DNA of 64,000 nucleotides from positions 4,355-68,354 of IMG/VR virus record IMGVR_UViG_3300033145_000681. One strand, 5' to 3'. Under the pieces are notes generated by a model that worked only from the letters and a program-made list of their open reading frames with translations, did no database searches and was not told where the DNA came from. This document shows, one piece after another, positions 46,397 to 56,527 of this stretch. The position numbers were made by a program, and so were the translations under genes. Numbering within the stretch: position 1 is the first letter of the stretch; each line of letters opens with the position of its first letter. Source of the stretch: a virus.

Positions 46397-46834
46397 GTGA
46401 AGCATCCCGAGATGGTAAAGGTGGCGGAGCGATGGCTTCGATCATTCGGTTGCTCTATTGTGGTAACTGAGATGGTGACGGTTGCAATGGAGACTCCTGA
46501 CGCAATAGGATTCCGTAACCAGATGTCTATCATGGTTGAGTGCAAGACCAGCATGGCTGACTTCCGTGCAGACGCTAAGAAGTTTCACCGGCTACATCCA
46601 GAGACGGGCATGGGGAACTATCGATTCTTCATGTGTGAGGATGGACTGATACCTGAAGCAGATGTACCTCTGGGTTGGGGGCTTCTCTATATCCAAGGAA
46701 AGAAAGTGAAGAAGATACGAGGGCTGCACGGTAATTGCGGCGCGACAGAAAACGGCGTATTCTGTTTCGATGCTTCACTGAGAGCGGAGAGGACGTTACT
46801 GCTGTCGATACTGAGGCGTCTACAAAGTGAATAG
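46397..46834 (+). CDS. PD-(D/E)xK nuclease-like protein (MmcB-like)
   Basis: ETPDAIGF..VECKTSMADFRAD..GNYRFF..PLGWGLL. Confidence 0.75.
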   Translation: MKHPEMVKVAERWLRSFGCSIVVTEMVTVAMETPDAIGFRNQMSIMVECKTSMADFRADAKKFHRLHPETGMGNYRFFMCEDGLIPEADVPLGWGLLYIQGKKVKKIRGLHGNCGATENGVFCFDASLRAERTLLLSILRRLQSE

Positions 46835-46917
46835 AAAACATCGAAGAATACATCACCATCCCATGCATTCCCGGTGCAGTATCCCAGCATCTGTCGCCCG
46901 AGCAGGAAAAGCGTAGC

Positions 46918-47490
46918 ATGCCATCCAAGGGAAGAGATTGGGAAACTATCAAGCGGGAGTTCATTACCAGCGACATCCCGACCATGACCAAGTTCTTCGC
47001 CAAGAAGAAGATATCCCGGGGTACGTGGACGCACCATACCAAGGGGTGGAAGAAAGAACGGGACGTTTATCGACGGTCTATAGACGCCGAAATACTGGCT
47101 GAGACGAAGAAGACGAAGGTGCTGACAGCTTCAAAACAGGCCGAGTACATGAGCACGATCGTATTGAAGACCCTGGAACGCTGGCAGGCCATGAACAAGA
47201 AGATCGATGACATCGAGTCGAAGATCAAGAAGAAGAAAACATATACGGATCTGGAACATGCGCGGTTAGCGAAGCAGCTCAATGAAATTACCCGGATGCT
47301 CCCGGCGCTGGTAGAGTCCGTCGAGCTGCTGGAAGGCCGAGCTACGAGTCGGCCGGATCTCCAGGACAAAACCTCTGCAGAGATGTCCAGGCTCGAGAAG
47401 GAATTCGATGAGAAAAAGAAGAGGATGCAGAAGGCGCTCAAGGGCGGCAAGCTCACGCTCGTCAAGAAGGAAGAGCAGAAAGCCGGCTGA
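46918..47490 (+). CDS. terminase small subunit (putative)
   Basis: DWETIKREF..HTH..W basic N-terminus; upstream of TerL. Confidence 0.7.
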   Translation: MPSKGRDWETIKREFITSDIPTMTKFFAKKKISRGTWTHHTKGWKKERDVYRRSIDAEILAETKKTKVLTASKQAEYMSTIVLKTLERWQAMNKKIDDIESKIKKKKTYTDLEHARLAKQLNEITRMLPALVESVELLEGRATSRPDLQDKTSAEMSRLEKEFDEKKKRMQKALKGGKLTLVKKEEQKAG

Positions 47491-47626
47491 TCGTGACGGA
47501 TGAAGCGGCCGTTGCGCGGAGCGAAGTGCGTACTATGCGAGAGCCTACACAGCGCCATGATGATTCATCTGGGCTGTTCGAAGATCTACCGCGCGGCACT
47601 GAGAGTAAAGGGGGGACGCTGCCGGT

Positions 47627-49114
47627 ATGGCCCGATCAGAATTGAAAAACCCCGACATTACCGACGATGAGCTGTATGCTGATCAGAGTCGCCTGCCGCC
47701 CCGTGACGAGCTTCTAGATTACCTCTACCTCCATACCGGGAAGATCATTCCGTACAAGCCTGTATGCCCGGATCACAATGCGCCGGCAGAGTTCATCGAT
47801 CACATCGTCTACGGCTATGGAAGTGTTTGCGCGATCGGTCCGAGGTCCGGATCGAAGACCACCCAGATAGGTATCGGGGTAGGTATGGTCGCGCGGCATT
47901 TCGGAGTATCGACCAGGGTGCTCGGCGGATCTGCATACCAGAGCCTGGCGGCATACCGGGAGTTCAAGGATTTCCTGGGGCATGGATTCATCCTCGATGT
48001 GTACGGGAAGATGCTCCAATCCCGAACGGAATTCATCAATGGCGGTACCGTTGAGCTACTTACGCAATCGGAGACATCGGTTCGATCCCCGCATGTGCCA
48101 TTTGTGGCCTTGGATGAGCTGGACGAATTCAAGCCGAAGATTCTGAAGGCATCGAAATTCATCGCGCAATCCGTACCCAACTTCCGGAGGAAGATGGTCG
48201 AGGCATCTACCAGGCACCGGCCGATGGGTTTGATGACACTCGAGTGGGATCTCTTCAAGGGGCTCAAGCTGATATGGTGTCTCCTCGAGGTGATGGAGCC
48301 ATGCACCGGGGATTACAAATGCTCGATGTGCAATCTGACAGCCAGCTGTCCAGGCAAGGCGAAGATGGGCCCGAAATACAAAGAGCGCAGCGGATACTAT
48401 CTGATAGACGATGCCCGGCAGCTCCGGGACGATGTGCATGATGATGAGACGTGGATTTCGGAGGCTATGTGTGGAGAGCCCCGGACGGAAGGCGCGATCT
48501 ATACGAAACTCAAGGAGCGGATCCACATGGGTACCCTTCCCTGGGACAGAGGACTGGCGCTCGATCGGGTATTCGATTACGGCGCCGCGGACAGTCCCTG
48601 CGTTCTCCAGTACTGGCAGCTTACCAAGGAGAACGGCCGCCTCCAGGCTCGGATGGTAGATGAGCTGCGCTGGCAGGGGACAGCGGATCGGCTGATCGTA
48701 GATGACTTCCTGTCGTATGAGAAGGAGATGGGGTACAACAACTGGATCGGCAGGACGATCATCCCGGGAGATGGTGCATCGCTGAGAAACGAATGCGAGA
48801 CGAGAGGGCTTTCGGTAGAGCTTCCGGATCAGGACGTAGCGGAGGGAATCGCTACGATGAGGAATCTGATTGCGGTAGATAAGAAGGGTACGCCGGGAGT
48901 GAAGTGGGACAAGGAAGCAGCGACTACCCGGACGTGTTGCCATCCGACATGGACGGAACTGAAGGGATATCACATGATCAAAGGGCGCGTAGTGAAGGAA
49001 GATGATCACGGTCCGGACGCTTCGAGATACTACTGCCAATCGACTCCGGAGTTGGTCGTACACAAGAAGTCGAGTATGATAATCCTCCCCGATAATCTCG
49101 ATATCAATCCATGA
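47627..49114 (+). CDS. terminase large subunit
   Basis: GPRSGSKT (Walker A), VALDE (Walker B), AST, FDYG and DDHGPDASRY nuclease motifs. Confidence 0.9.
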   Translation: MARSELKNPDITDDELYADQSRLPPRDELLDYLYLHTGKIIPYKPVCPDHNAPAEFIDHIVYGYGSVCAIGPRSGSKTTQIGIGVGMVARHFGVSTRVLGGSAYQSLAAYREFKDFLGHGFILDVYGKMLQSRTEFINGGTVELLTQSETSVRSPHVPFVALDELDEFKPKILKASKFIAQSVPNFRRKMVEASTRHRPMGLMTLEWDLFKGLKLIWCLLEVMEPCTGDYKCSMCNLTASCPGKAKMGPKYKERSGYYLIDDARQLRDDVHDDETWISEAMCGEPRTEGAIYTKLKERIHMGTLPWDRGLALDRVFDYGAADSPCVLQYWQLTKENGRLQARMVDELRWQGTADRLIVDDFLSYEKEMGYNNWIGRTIIPGDGASLRNECETRGLSVELPDQDVAEGIATMRNLIAVDKKGTPGVKWDKEAATTRTCCHPTWTELKGYHMIKGRVVKEDDHGPDASRYYCQSTPELVVHKKSSMIILPDNLDINP

Positions 49115-49118
49115 TCTC

Positions 49119-49146
49119 TTGACAGGAAGCGTATCGACCATATAAT
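49119..49146 (+). promoter_or_regulatory. consensus sigma70-type promoter before portal
   Basis: TTGACA-N16-TATAAT. Confidence 0.8.
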
Positions 49147-49189
49147 TCCATAACGGCCGCAATGAAATCCGAAGGGGAGGATCATATCA

Positions 49190-50656
49190 ATGGATCGTGA
49201 AAGCAAGAAGAAGCTCGGTCGATTCCTATCACCCAGCAAAAAGGAACTGGCAAGACAGAACGAAGAGCTGGCCGTAAAGAATGAAGAGATGACCGAATCC
49301 GTCCAGGAGATGAAGGTCAATATCCAGGAGCTTCGCCTTCAGGTAGTAGATGTTCTCTCCGCGACGATGATTACTACCGATGATGATTCCGGGAATCCGT
49401 ATACAGACAAAAGTGCAGCCGTCGAGGAAATCATCAGCAAGTATCAGAACGCATCGGAGTGGGGATGCCAGCTGGCCCAGAAGATAATCAATCAGCGCAA
49501 GGCTCTCGTGATTCCTTTCGGGGTAGACGTCCAGCCTTCGGAGGAATTCGAGAATGTCGAGCAGCCCCCGGTTACGGAGATCCAGTACATCAAGGACTTC
49601 CTCAAATTCAATGGCTTCCCGCAGCGCAGAGAGGATGATCTTTCCCGGCAGTCTGAGATGGAGGGGCAGTGTCTGATTACCCTTCATTGGGATGAGCAGG
49701 CTCTGGTAAATGGTAACGAGGGAATGGTAACGGTAAGGCGTCTGCAATGGTCAGATCTGGACTACACCATTCATACCGCGAAGGGTGATGTCGATAAGGT
49801 GGTCGGGATTACCTGGCAGGATGAGACGCTCGGCAAGCAGGTACTGACTCCTGATGGGCTGGTGCCGTACGTGCTTGCTGTATTTAATGGGACCACTTCA
49901 TCCGACAGCACGATGCAGGGAATGCCTCCCGTCGCATTCGTACTGGCGGAGTGCGAGAATCTGGACAAGGCGCTGAAGGGCTGGCGGAAGGTCAATCGAT
50001 ACTTTGCAAACCTGACTCCCTTCTTCGAGTCTGAAGGAAAATCAGAATCAGATGAGATCCTGGCTCGCATTACCGCGGCCGGCTGGAAAGTAGGAAAGGC
50101 ATTCGTAGGCCGCGGCATGCAGCTGGTCGGTCCCGAATCCGGTACCGAAGTGAAGGAACTGATCTACGGGGAGATCCGGACGAATGCCCAGGTCATATCC
50201 GGCACTACCGGCATCCCTGTACATCATCTCGGATTTGCTGATGTCATCGGCCAGGGCAGGGCGACGGCGCAGACGATGATGGAGCCGATGGAAGTAATCG
50301 CAATCAATGACATGGGTGTCTGGCACGGCTTCTACAAGGATCTGTTCGACAAGGTAATCCAGATGCGTAACGAGCGATCGAACGTACAGCTGCGAGAGGG
50401 CGCTGTCGTACCGAAGCTCCTGCCGATCTCAGCTACGCAATGGAATCGGATAGAGAAGATCTGGCTGCCGGCGACGAAGAACAAGCTGATTTCGAAGAAG
50501 CTGTTCTTGAAGCAGCTCCCGAACGTTGATGTTGAGGAGGAGATGGAATCGCTACTAGAAGAGTTCGAGGACGCGTCGCTGCGAAGGGTCACAAGCGAAC
50601 TAGACAGCGTAATGTCGCGCTCCACAAGCAGGCAGAGCGGGACGGACGAAGAATAG
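49190..50656 (+). CDS. portal protein
   Basis: 488 aa after TerL; ISGTTGIPVHHLG, RATA motifs. Confidence 0.8.
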   Translation: MDRESKKKLGRFLSPSKKELARQNEELAVKNEEMTESVQEMKVNIQELRLQVVDVLSATMITTDDDSGNPYTDKSAAVEEIISKYQNASEWGCQLAQKIINQRKALVIPFGVDVQPSEEFENVEQPPVTEIQYIKDFLKFNGFPQRREDDLSRQSEMEGQCLITLHWDEQALVNGNEGMVTVRRLQWSDLDYTIHTAKGDVDKVVGITWQDETLGKQVLTPDGLVPYVLAVFNGTTSSDSTMQGMPPVAFVLAECENLDKALKGWRKVNRYFANLTPFFESEGKSESDEILARITAAGWKVGKAFVGRGMQLVGPESGTEVKELIYGEIRTNAQVISGTTGIPVHHLGFADVIGQGRATAQTMMEPMEVIAINDMGVWHGFYKDLFDKVIQMRNERSNVQLREGAVVPKLLPISATQWNRIEKIWLPATKNKLISKKLFLKQLPNVDVEEEMESLLEEFEDASLRRVTSELDSVMSRSTSRQSGTDEE

Positions 50657-50676
50657 ACTCCTTCCATGCCGGGCTC

Positions 50677-51822
50677 ATGGCGGTAGCTCGGCATCAGGAC
50701 GCGCGGATAAGGAAGTACGCCAGGCGGGTATGGGATACCGCGGAGCAGGCTACCCGTCTGGAGATGATCACCGACCTTACCATCCCCTTCCGTAATTCCA
50801 CGAAGGTATACATCAAGTCTCAGATGATGGAGTCCTATCGAATGGCCCGGGCCCGGGCTCGGATGACGGTAGAGAGAGCGCATCGAGCGCGGGTACAGAT
50901 CCAGGAGATGGACCCCTTTTCTAATTGCACGGTGCAATTGCCCGACATAACCCCTGAGTTCCTAGAGCGTTTCGATGGCGCCGTGGAGCTGGATGAGATC
51001 TCATTCGTATCCAAGATCCAGGAGCTGGAAGCTGACGAGCTTGCCTACCATCAGATCGTAAAGGAGTATGGCGCCTGGGCAGAGCTGCAGGGTAATGAGA
51101 TGTGGCAGCAGAAGGTCAAGACCGCGAAGGGCACGATGGTGCGCGGCATTGAGAATGGCTGGGGGCTCAATCCTGTAGGGGAGTATACCAAGGCCGGTAA
51201 ATCGGTATCGGCTTTCGAGGCAACGGGCGGGGTTGGGGGCTCCGCCAATGTCCTGAAGGGATATAGCTACACGCAGCTTACCCCGGGGATACTGGACGAG
51301 CTGCAGAAGGATCTCGCCAGCTTCGGGTATAGCGGTCATCAGCTTGAGCGCCTGGCGCGGACGGAATATACCCGGGCCATGAATGCGGGGCTGCTGTCCA
51401 TCTACCAGGAAGACGATATGATTGTCGGGTACGAATGGTCCGCGATCCTGGATGCCCGGACATGCGTAGAGTGCGCCATGATGGACGGGGTACAGATGGA
51501 TCGAGGAGATCCCCGGCTCGGGGATTACACACCTCCGCTGCATCCTCATTGCCGATGTGAGATCCTACCGATATTCGCCTGGGAGCAGCGAGAGGCGAAC
51601 ATGGATACGCAGCGTACCGTTACGCTGTACGACAAGGAGGGGAGAGACTTCACGGTCGACTACATCCCGAATCGGATCAATCCGGACTTCCTGAAGACCA
51701 TCCGGCCGGCGAACGATTCGGCGGGTATCAAGCGGCAGCTGATTACCAAGAAGAAGGCGGAGAAGCTCCGGAACAATTTCGTCCCGACGATGCTGGTACA
51801 CGATTCCCCGGCGCTGAATTGA
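50677..51822 (+). CDS. minor head protein (SPP1 gp7/Mu gpF family)
   Basis: RLARTEYTRAMN, WSAILDARTCVEC..DG, PPLHPHCRC. Confidence 0.92.
   Translation: MAVARHQDARIRKYARRVWDTAEQATRLEMITDLTIPFRNSTKVYIKSQMMESYRMARARARMTVERAHRARVQIQEMDPFSNCTVQLPDITPEFLERFDGAVELDEISFVSKIQELEADELAYHQIVKEYGAWAELQGNEMWQQKVKTAKGTMVRGIENGWGLNPVGEYTKAGKSVSAFEATGGVGGSANVLKGYSYTQLTPGILDELQKDLASFGYSGHQLERLARTEYTRAMNAGLLSIYQEDDMIVGYEWSAILDARTCVECAMMDGVQMDRGDPRLGDYTPPLHPHCRCEILPIFAWEQREANMDTQRTVTLYDKEGRDFTVDYIPNRINPDFLKTIRPANDSAGIKRQLITKKKAEKLRNNFVPTMLVHDSPALN
50923..50939. promoter_or_regulatory. 17-bp palindrome copy 5 (inside minor head CDS)
   Basis: AATTGCACgGTGCAATT. Confidence 0.85.
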
Positions 51823-51855
51823 TGGAAGAAATCCCGCGCGACGTAACGGTATATC

Positions 51856-51883
51856 TTGACACATCTCAAACGTACCGTATAAT
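51856..51883 (+). promoter_or_regulatory. consensus sigma70-type promoter
   Basis: TTGACA-N16-TATAAT, then SD AAGGAG and ATG 51902. Confidence 0.8.
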
Positions 51884-51901
51884 TCTGCGAAAGGAGATCA
51901 C

Positions 51902-52315
51902 ATGCCGGACGAGAAGGAAGAGTACGATCTGATCGAAGAGCCCCGGATATTCCTGAACCGAGGAAGAGAAGTCAGGATGTTCACCGATGTCATGAAGGGC
52001 ACCGTTCGCTTCGAAGGCTTCCACGTATTCAAGCAGATCATCAAACATGAGATTACCGGCCGGGAGATCATGCAGCAGGCACCTACCGATTTCAGCATCC
52101 CGATAGCCGAGGAGGATCTCACGGACAATATGTACACGACAATCCAGAATGTATTCGCCAAATTCGAAACGGCGAAGGCGGCATGCCGGGACAGCATGAA
52201 TGCTGCGGAGGCTCTGGAGGCGGAGCCGGACATCGTGAAGGCGCCGGCCAATATCCTGGATGCTACGGGACGCATCGCGGCGGCGAGTATGCCGTCTGGA
52301 TTGACGGGGATGTAG
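51902..52315 (+). CDS. hypothetical protein
   Basis: Promoter and SD upstream. Confidence 0.7.
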   Translation: MPDEKEEYDLIEEPRIFLNRGREVRMFTDVMKGTVRFEGFHVFKQIIKHEITGREIMQQAPTDFSIPIAEEDLTDNMYTTIQNVFAKFETAKAACRDSMNAAEALEAEPDIVKAPANILDATGRIAAASMPSGLTGM

Positions 52316-52317
52316 GG

Positions 52318-52563
52318 ATGGCATCTATCGAACTTGTCAGTAGCGCAGCCGAAGACCAGGAGGTCACGATCAAGGGGCTCGATCCTGAATCTGGAGAGAC
52401 GCGTAGCGTTGATGTGATCGTTCCCGGGAATGGTTTCCCTGTAGATTCCCCCCTCTATCCTGGTGAGGTTATTATTCACATAGCCCAGAAGAGAGACGAG
52501 ATTACGATACGCAAGAAATGCAACCCGGCAGGAGGACCGCATGAAAGTCAAGATCAAGCGTAA
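52318..52563 (+). CDS. hypothetical protein
   Basis: Fills the gap between coupled genes. Confidence 0.5.
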   Translation: MASIELVSSAAEDQEVTIKGLDPESGETRSVDVIVPGNGFPVDSPLYPGEVIIHIAQKRDEITIRKKCNPAGGPHESQDQA

Positions 52564-53998
52564 AGTCACATTCGCCGCATCCATCCAGGAGATGACGGAT
52601 TCCGCGCATGTGATATCCATCATCGGGAACGATGCCTACAATGCGATCAAGCGGGAAGATCCGCATCCGCTATTCGTAGAGATGAAGGTAGGCCAGCAGG
52701 GGATCTCTTCCGGGCCCGTACTCATCGGCGGGATCAAGCGAGCGTGGAATAAGATCTGGGGCGCTCCCCGGATCCGGGAGCTGGCTGCCTGGCTCTCCCG
52801 AGGTATCCCTCTCGTATTCAAGCATGCCGCCAGCAACAGTCTCGAAGGCCGCGAGAAGGTAGGCCGTACCCTGAAGGGCTGGACGGAAGAGTCTCCCAGC
52901 GGGGTAGTCGCCAAGGCGCTCGGGTATGTCTCGAGTACGTATGCCGGCATCCAGGAGATGGTTCGGAACGATACCATTGACGGCTGCTCGATCGAGGGTG
53001 CGATGAAGCTCTCGATGGGCGGGGCAGCCAGACTGATAGTGGACAAGATCATGGATCTGTCAGCGGTAGCGCTTTCGCGGACGGGAGTGGATGGCGTAAC
53101 GGGCTTTGCCGGCGCCGGGATCGTAGCGGCTGTCCAGGAGACGGCGAAGATCCAGGACGTACTCATAGCAGCGGGATTCTCTGAAGAGGATTTCGAAATC
53201 GTAGACGGTGGGGATGGGGATGAAGGAGAAGGCCGGCAATCGGTCAAGGATAGAAGAGGCGGGAGATCGAAAGAAGGGAGGAGGAGAGGCGTGGGTGACA
53301 GCTTGACAATCAGTGAGGTGAAGACGTTTATCGAAGAGGGAGGCGTTCGTCCGGAGCGGCTGTTCAGTACGGAGATGCTGCTCAAGGTAGATGCCGTCAA
53401 GGATGCGATCGATACGGAGGTCAAAGAGCAGCTGGCTTCTGGGCAGACGGAGAAGGATACGGAGATCACGGATCTCAAGAAGAAGCTCGATGACACGAAG
53501 AAGGAGGTCGATACCAAAGCCCAGGAGATGAAGGATCTCCAGGACAAGGTTGCTCCCTTCCAGGGCAAGCTCAGATCAGAGAAGATCTCGGATCTGGTAA
53601 AGAAGAGCGAGCTGCTGTCGAAGGCTTCGAAGAAGAAGGCGGATTACATCGCCAAGATGGTCGCGGCATCGATTGCCGAGGATGCGGATCTGGAAGCGGA
53701 TACCGCGGCGGCGCTGATCGAGGGCGGGATCAAGAAGCAGATCGATGACATCAAGGAGTACGGGATGAACTTCGGCGCCGATGATGGTGGCGGAGAAGGC
53801 GCTGGTGGTGAAGGCGGCGGGGAAGGCGGAAGCAATAATGATAACGATCCGATGGATCGTCCGCCCGAGTCGCGTAAGGGAGATCAGGGTTCCGGTAAGG
53901 GCGGGACAGTAGAGACTGCCACGGCGATGTTCGCAGCAGGCATCAACCCTCTCGATCCGGATGCCGACGAGCAGCTCGCGGCTACGAAGAAGAAATAG
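52541..53998 (+). CDS. prohead protease-scaffold fusion (putative)
   Basis: N-domain with FKH..GCSIEG..SAVAL..GFAGAG protease-like pattern; Lys/Glu coiled-coil C-half. Confidence 0.75.
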   Translation: MKVKIKRKVTFAASIQEMTDSAHVISIIGNDAYNAIKREDPHPLFVEMKVGQQGISSGPVLIGGIKRAWNKIWGAPRIRELAAWLSRGIPLVFKHAASNSLEGREKVGRTLKGWTEESPSGVVAKALGYVSSTYAGIQEMVRNDTIDGCSIEGAMKLSMGGAARLIVDKIMDLSAVALSRTGVDGVTGFAGAGIVAAVQETAKIQDVLIAAGFSEEDFEIVDGGDGDEGEGRQSVKDRRGGRSKEGRRRGVGDSLTISEVKTFIEEGGVRPERLFSTEMLLKVDAVKDAIDTEVKEQLASGQTEKDTEITDLKKKLDDTKKEVDTKAQEMKDLQDKVAPFQGKLRSEKISDLVKKSELLSKASKKKADYIAKMVAASIAEDADLEADTAAALIEGGIKKQIDDIKEYGMNFGADDGGGEGAGGEGGGEGGSNNDNDPMDRPPESRKGDQGSGKGGTVETATAMFAAGINPLDPDADEQLAATKKK

Positions 53999-54004
53999 GA
54001 GGCG

Positions 54005-54463
54005 ATGGAGATGGCAGAGAAAACGAAGGCGAAGAAGAGAGCTTCGGACAGCGCACCCCAGGCACCTCCGGAAGAGCCGATTATCCCGGAGGAGGAACCG
54101 GAGCCCGAGGCGCCGGCAGAAGAGGAGCCGAAGGAAGTAATCGAGCCGGAGGAGGCAGCGGGAGCCGTCCCGAGTCCGCAGCACAAGGAAGAGCCGGCCG
54201 GCATAGACAAGGCCGAGGCAGCTCCGGAGCGATCGGTAACGAAGGAATCGAAGGGGACGCATGATTGCAGGGGCTGCCTGCACTATCCTCTGATGACGAA
54301 TCCGTCTACCTCCTCTCTGGTAGAGGATATCAAGATGGTCACGAATGGCTGGCGGCTGTCGTATTGCGGCAAGCAGCCGAAGCGGCACGGAGGTCCCCTG
54401 GATGGGAAGGTAGTCAACCCGCATATCAACTGCATCGGGAAGACATTCACCAAGGTAAAGTAG
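54005..54463 (+). CDS. Pro/Glu-rich protein with C-terminal Cys cluster
   Basis: SD AGGAGG; CRGC..C..C. Confidence 0.65.
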   Translation: MEMAEKTKAKKRASDSAPQAPPEEPIIPEEEPEPEAPAEEEPKEVIEPEEAAGAVPSPQHKEEPAGIDKAEAAPERSVTKESKGTHDCRGCLHYPLMTNPSTSSLVEDIKMVTNGWRLSYCGKQPKRHGGPLDGKVVNPHINCIGKTFTKVK

Positions 54464-54493
54464 CCGGGCTTCCGTACCCGCTAGGAGATCGCC

Positions 54494-56527
54494 ATGCCGG
54501 AGATCGTATTCGACGCCAGCATGGGTATGTCTGCAGAGCAGGCTCCCAGGCCGACAAGGAAGAAAAAGCCTCGTGTGGGGCGACCTGGGAGCCACCACAA
54601 GGAGATTCTGACCACATCCCAGGTAGATTCGAATATCCATAGAAAGGCTCGTGGTGGAGGGGCGGCCGGGGCCGGTGCGTTCGTGCCATCAATCCCCGAA
54701 GTCGCCCAGCCACCCACTACCAGATTCCCGGCGATGGGGACATCGGTACAGGTAGTTCGGCAGAAGGGCTTCCCGCTGCAGCCTACGGAGGTCGCTTTAT
54801 GGGTAGTAATCCCGACGCACAATCGCCCGAAGGAATTCCCTAGATGCCTGGAGCGAGTACTCGCGGAGCTGGGCCCGGACGATCGGGTAGTAGTAGTCGC
54901 CAGCGGCTTCCGGATGTTCCAGGCAGTACGGGAAGCGTCAAGGCATCCGAGCGTGATAGGATTGCTCTTCGGGGATTGTACCGTAAACGAAGCGCGGCGC
55001 CATGCGAATGGTATCGTTCCTGAAGGCGCGGCGATTGTAGAGACGGGAGATAATGACTTCATCACTACCGGATCTCTCGATCGCATCCGGGAAGCATTCG
55101 AAGATCCAAAGCTGGGAGTCGTATACGGCAATCTCCAATTCCTGGACATCCACGGCAGGGCGCACGGGCCGATGATCCGGAAGCCTGCCTGGGAGAAGGG
55201 GATCATGCATCGGCGCTGCGAAGTAAAGGGGCTCCATGCATATCGGAAGATCGTATACGAGCAGTACGGGGGGTGGTATCAATCGGAGTGGCCTGCCGGC
55301 GATCATGCCAATGCGATCCGCTGGGAAGATGCCGGGGTCAAATTCAAGAGCATCGGCGGTCCTCCTCTCGTATGCTGTACCTGGGATCCGGAAGGGATGT
55401 CGACGGGCAAGCTCCGGAGTCAGCAGCATCACAATTCCCAGCAATTCGCGCGGGGTCATTACCGAAGGAAGTACTCCGTAGGGATGGCCTGCTGGGCAGT
55501 CGCCGGCCGGCGTACCAAGATGCTGGCGCTGATAGATGATATCTGCGATCAGAGCAAGGTCCGGATCTATGCATGCGCTCGGGGCCGGTACGGAGCGGCA
55601 TGCGATACGGACGAGCATATCAGGAAGCGGATCGTCTGGTGGAAGGCGATGAGCGAGCTGGACGAGCATCTCCCGAAGCATGAGGTATCGCACCTCTTTG
55701 TCGATCGCCTGAATTTCGCTACCCGATCTGCAGCCCTGGGCAGAAGGGTAGTCGTAGACATCTGCGATCTGAGGAGCCAGCGTACCGGGACGCATGACGA
55801 TCCGGATGAGAAGATCCTATGTACGAGCCCGAACGTCTGGCTGATGTTCGTATCGGAAGGTCATCGGGATTACATCTGCGAGAAGTACGGCATGCCGATC
55901 GAGCGGACGCACATCGTACCGAATCTTCCCATGAAGAGCTGGCGGCCGGAGGAGCCGATCACGGAAGAGGAGAAGGTTCCCAATTCCCTGGTCTACTACG
56001 GAGGGATTACCGCGAAGCGTGGGCATACCGCGGCGTACCGATGTTATTACGATCTCTTCCTGGCGCTGAAGAATGCCGGCGTCGATGTCCATATCTATCC
56101 TTCAGGGGCCCGGAAGAGAGAGGTCGAAGAGGGGTATGCGGAATTCACCGTGCATGAGCGCTTCGATCATCGGGACATCTACAAGATTCTCAGGAAGTAC
56201 ACCGTAGGCTTCGCCGGCTACGAGGATCGCGCGGGATGCCCGAAGGTATCTCATGACTATGCGATGAAGTGTTATCCGAACAAAGCTACCGATTACATGA
56301 TGGCCGGTATCCCTACGGTAAGCTACGCGCTGGGCTTGGCAGAGAAGGACGTTCAGAATTGGGGTGTCTGCGTACCGAAGGGATCTGCCGGCAGGTTGGC
56401 CGATGCGTATGAGGAAGCCCGGATCAAGGTAATCGATTACGAGCGGTGGCAGAACATCTTCTGCATGGAGAGCCAGGCAGATAAGCTGATCGAGGCATAC
56501 GATTGGGTTGCGGGGAGGAAGGGATGA
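54494..56527 (+). CDS. two-domain glycosyltransferase (GT2-like plus GT-B-like)
   Basis: VVIPTHNRP..GDND..VVYG (GT2); LVYYGGI..PNKATDYMMAGIPTV (GT4-like). Confidence 0.85.
   Translation: MPEIVFDASMGMSAEQAPRPTRKKKPRVGRPGSHHKEILTTSQVDSNIHRKARGGGAAGAGAFVPSIPEVAQPPTTRFPAMGTSVQVVRQKGFPLQPTEVALWVVIPTHNRPKEFPRCLERVLAELGPDDRVVVVASGFRMFQAVREASRHPSVIGLLFGDCTVNEARRHANGIVPEGAAIVETGDNDFITTGSLDRIREAFEDPKLGVVYGNLQFLDIHGRAHGPMIRKPAWEKGIMHRRCEVKGLHAYRKIVYEQYGGWYQSEWPAGDHANAIRWEDAGVKFKSIGGPPLVCCTWDPEGMSTGKLRSQQHHNSQQFARGHYRRKYSVGMACWAVAGRRTKMLALIDDICDQSKVRIYACARGRYGAACDTDEHIRKRIVWWKAMSELDEHLPKHEVSHLFVDRLNFATRSAALGRRVVVDICDLRSQRTGTHDDPDEKILCTSPNVWLMFVSEGHRDYICEKYGMPIERTHIVPNLPMKSWRPEEPITEEEKVPNSLVYYGGITAKRGHTAAYRCYYDLFLALKNAGVDVHIYPSGARKREVEEGYAEFTVHERFDHRDIYKILRKYTVGFAGYEDRAGCPKVSHDYAMKCYPNKATDYMMAGIPTVSYALGLAEKDVQNWGVCVPKGSAGRLADAYEEARIKVIDYERWQNIFCMESQADKLIEAYDWVAGRKG

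Noticed and set aside
27491-56000. Long minus-strand ORFs (e.g. 27491..28846, 34283..35449, 48056..49162, 53576..54640)
   Set aside because: Antisense shadows of well-supported + strand genes in a GC-rich genome; no recognisable motifs
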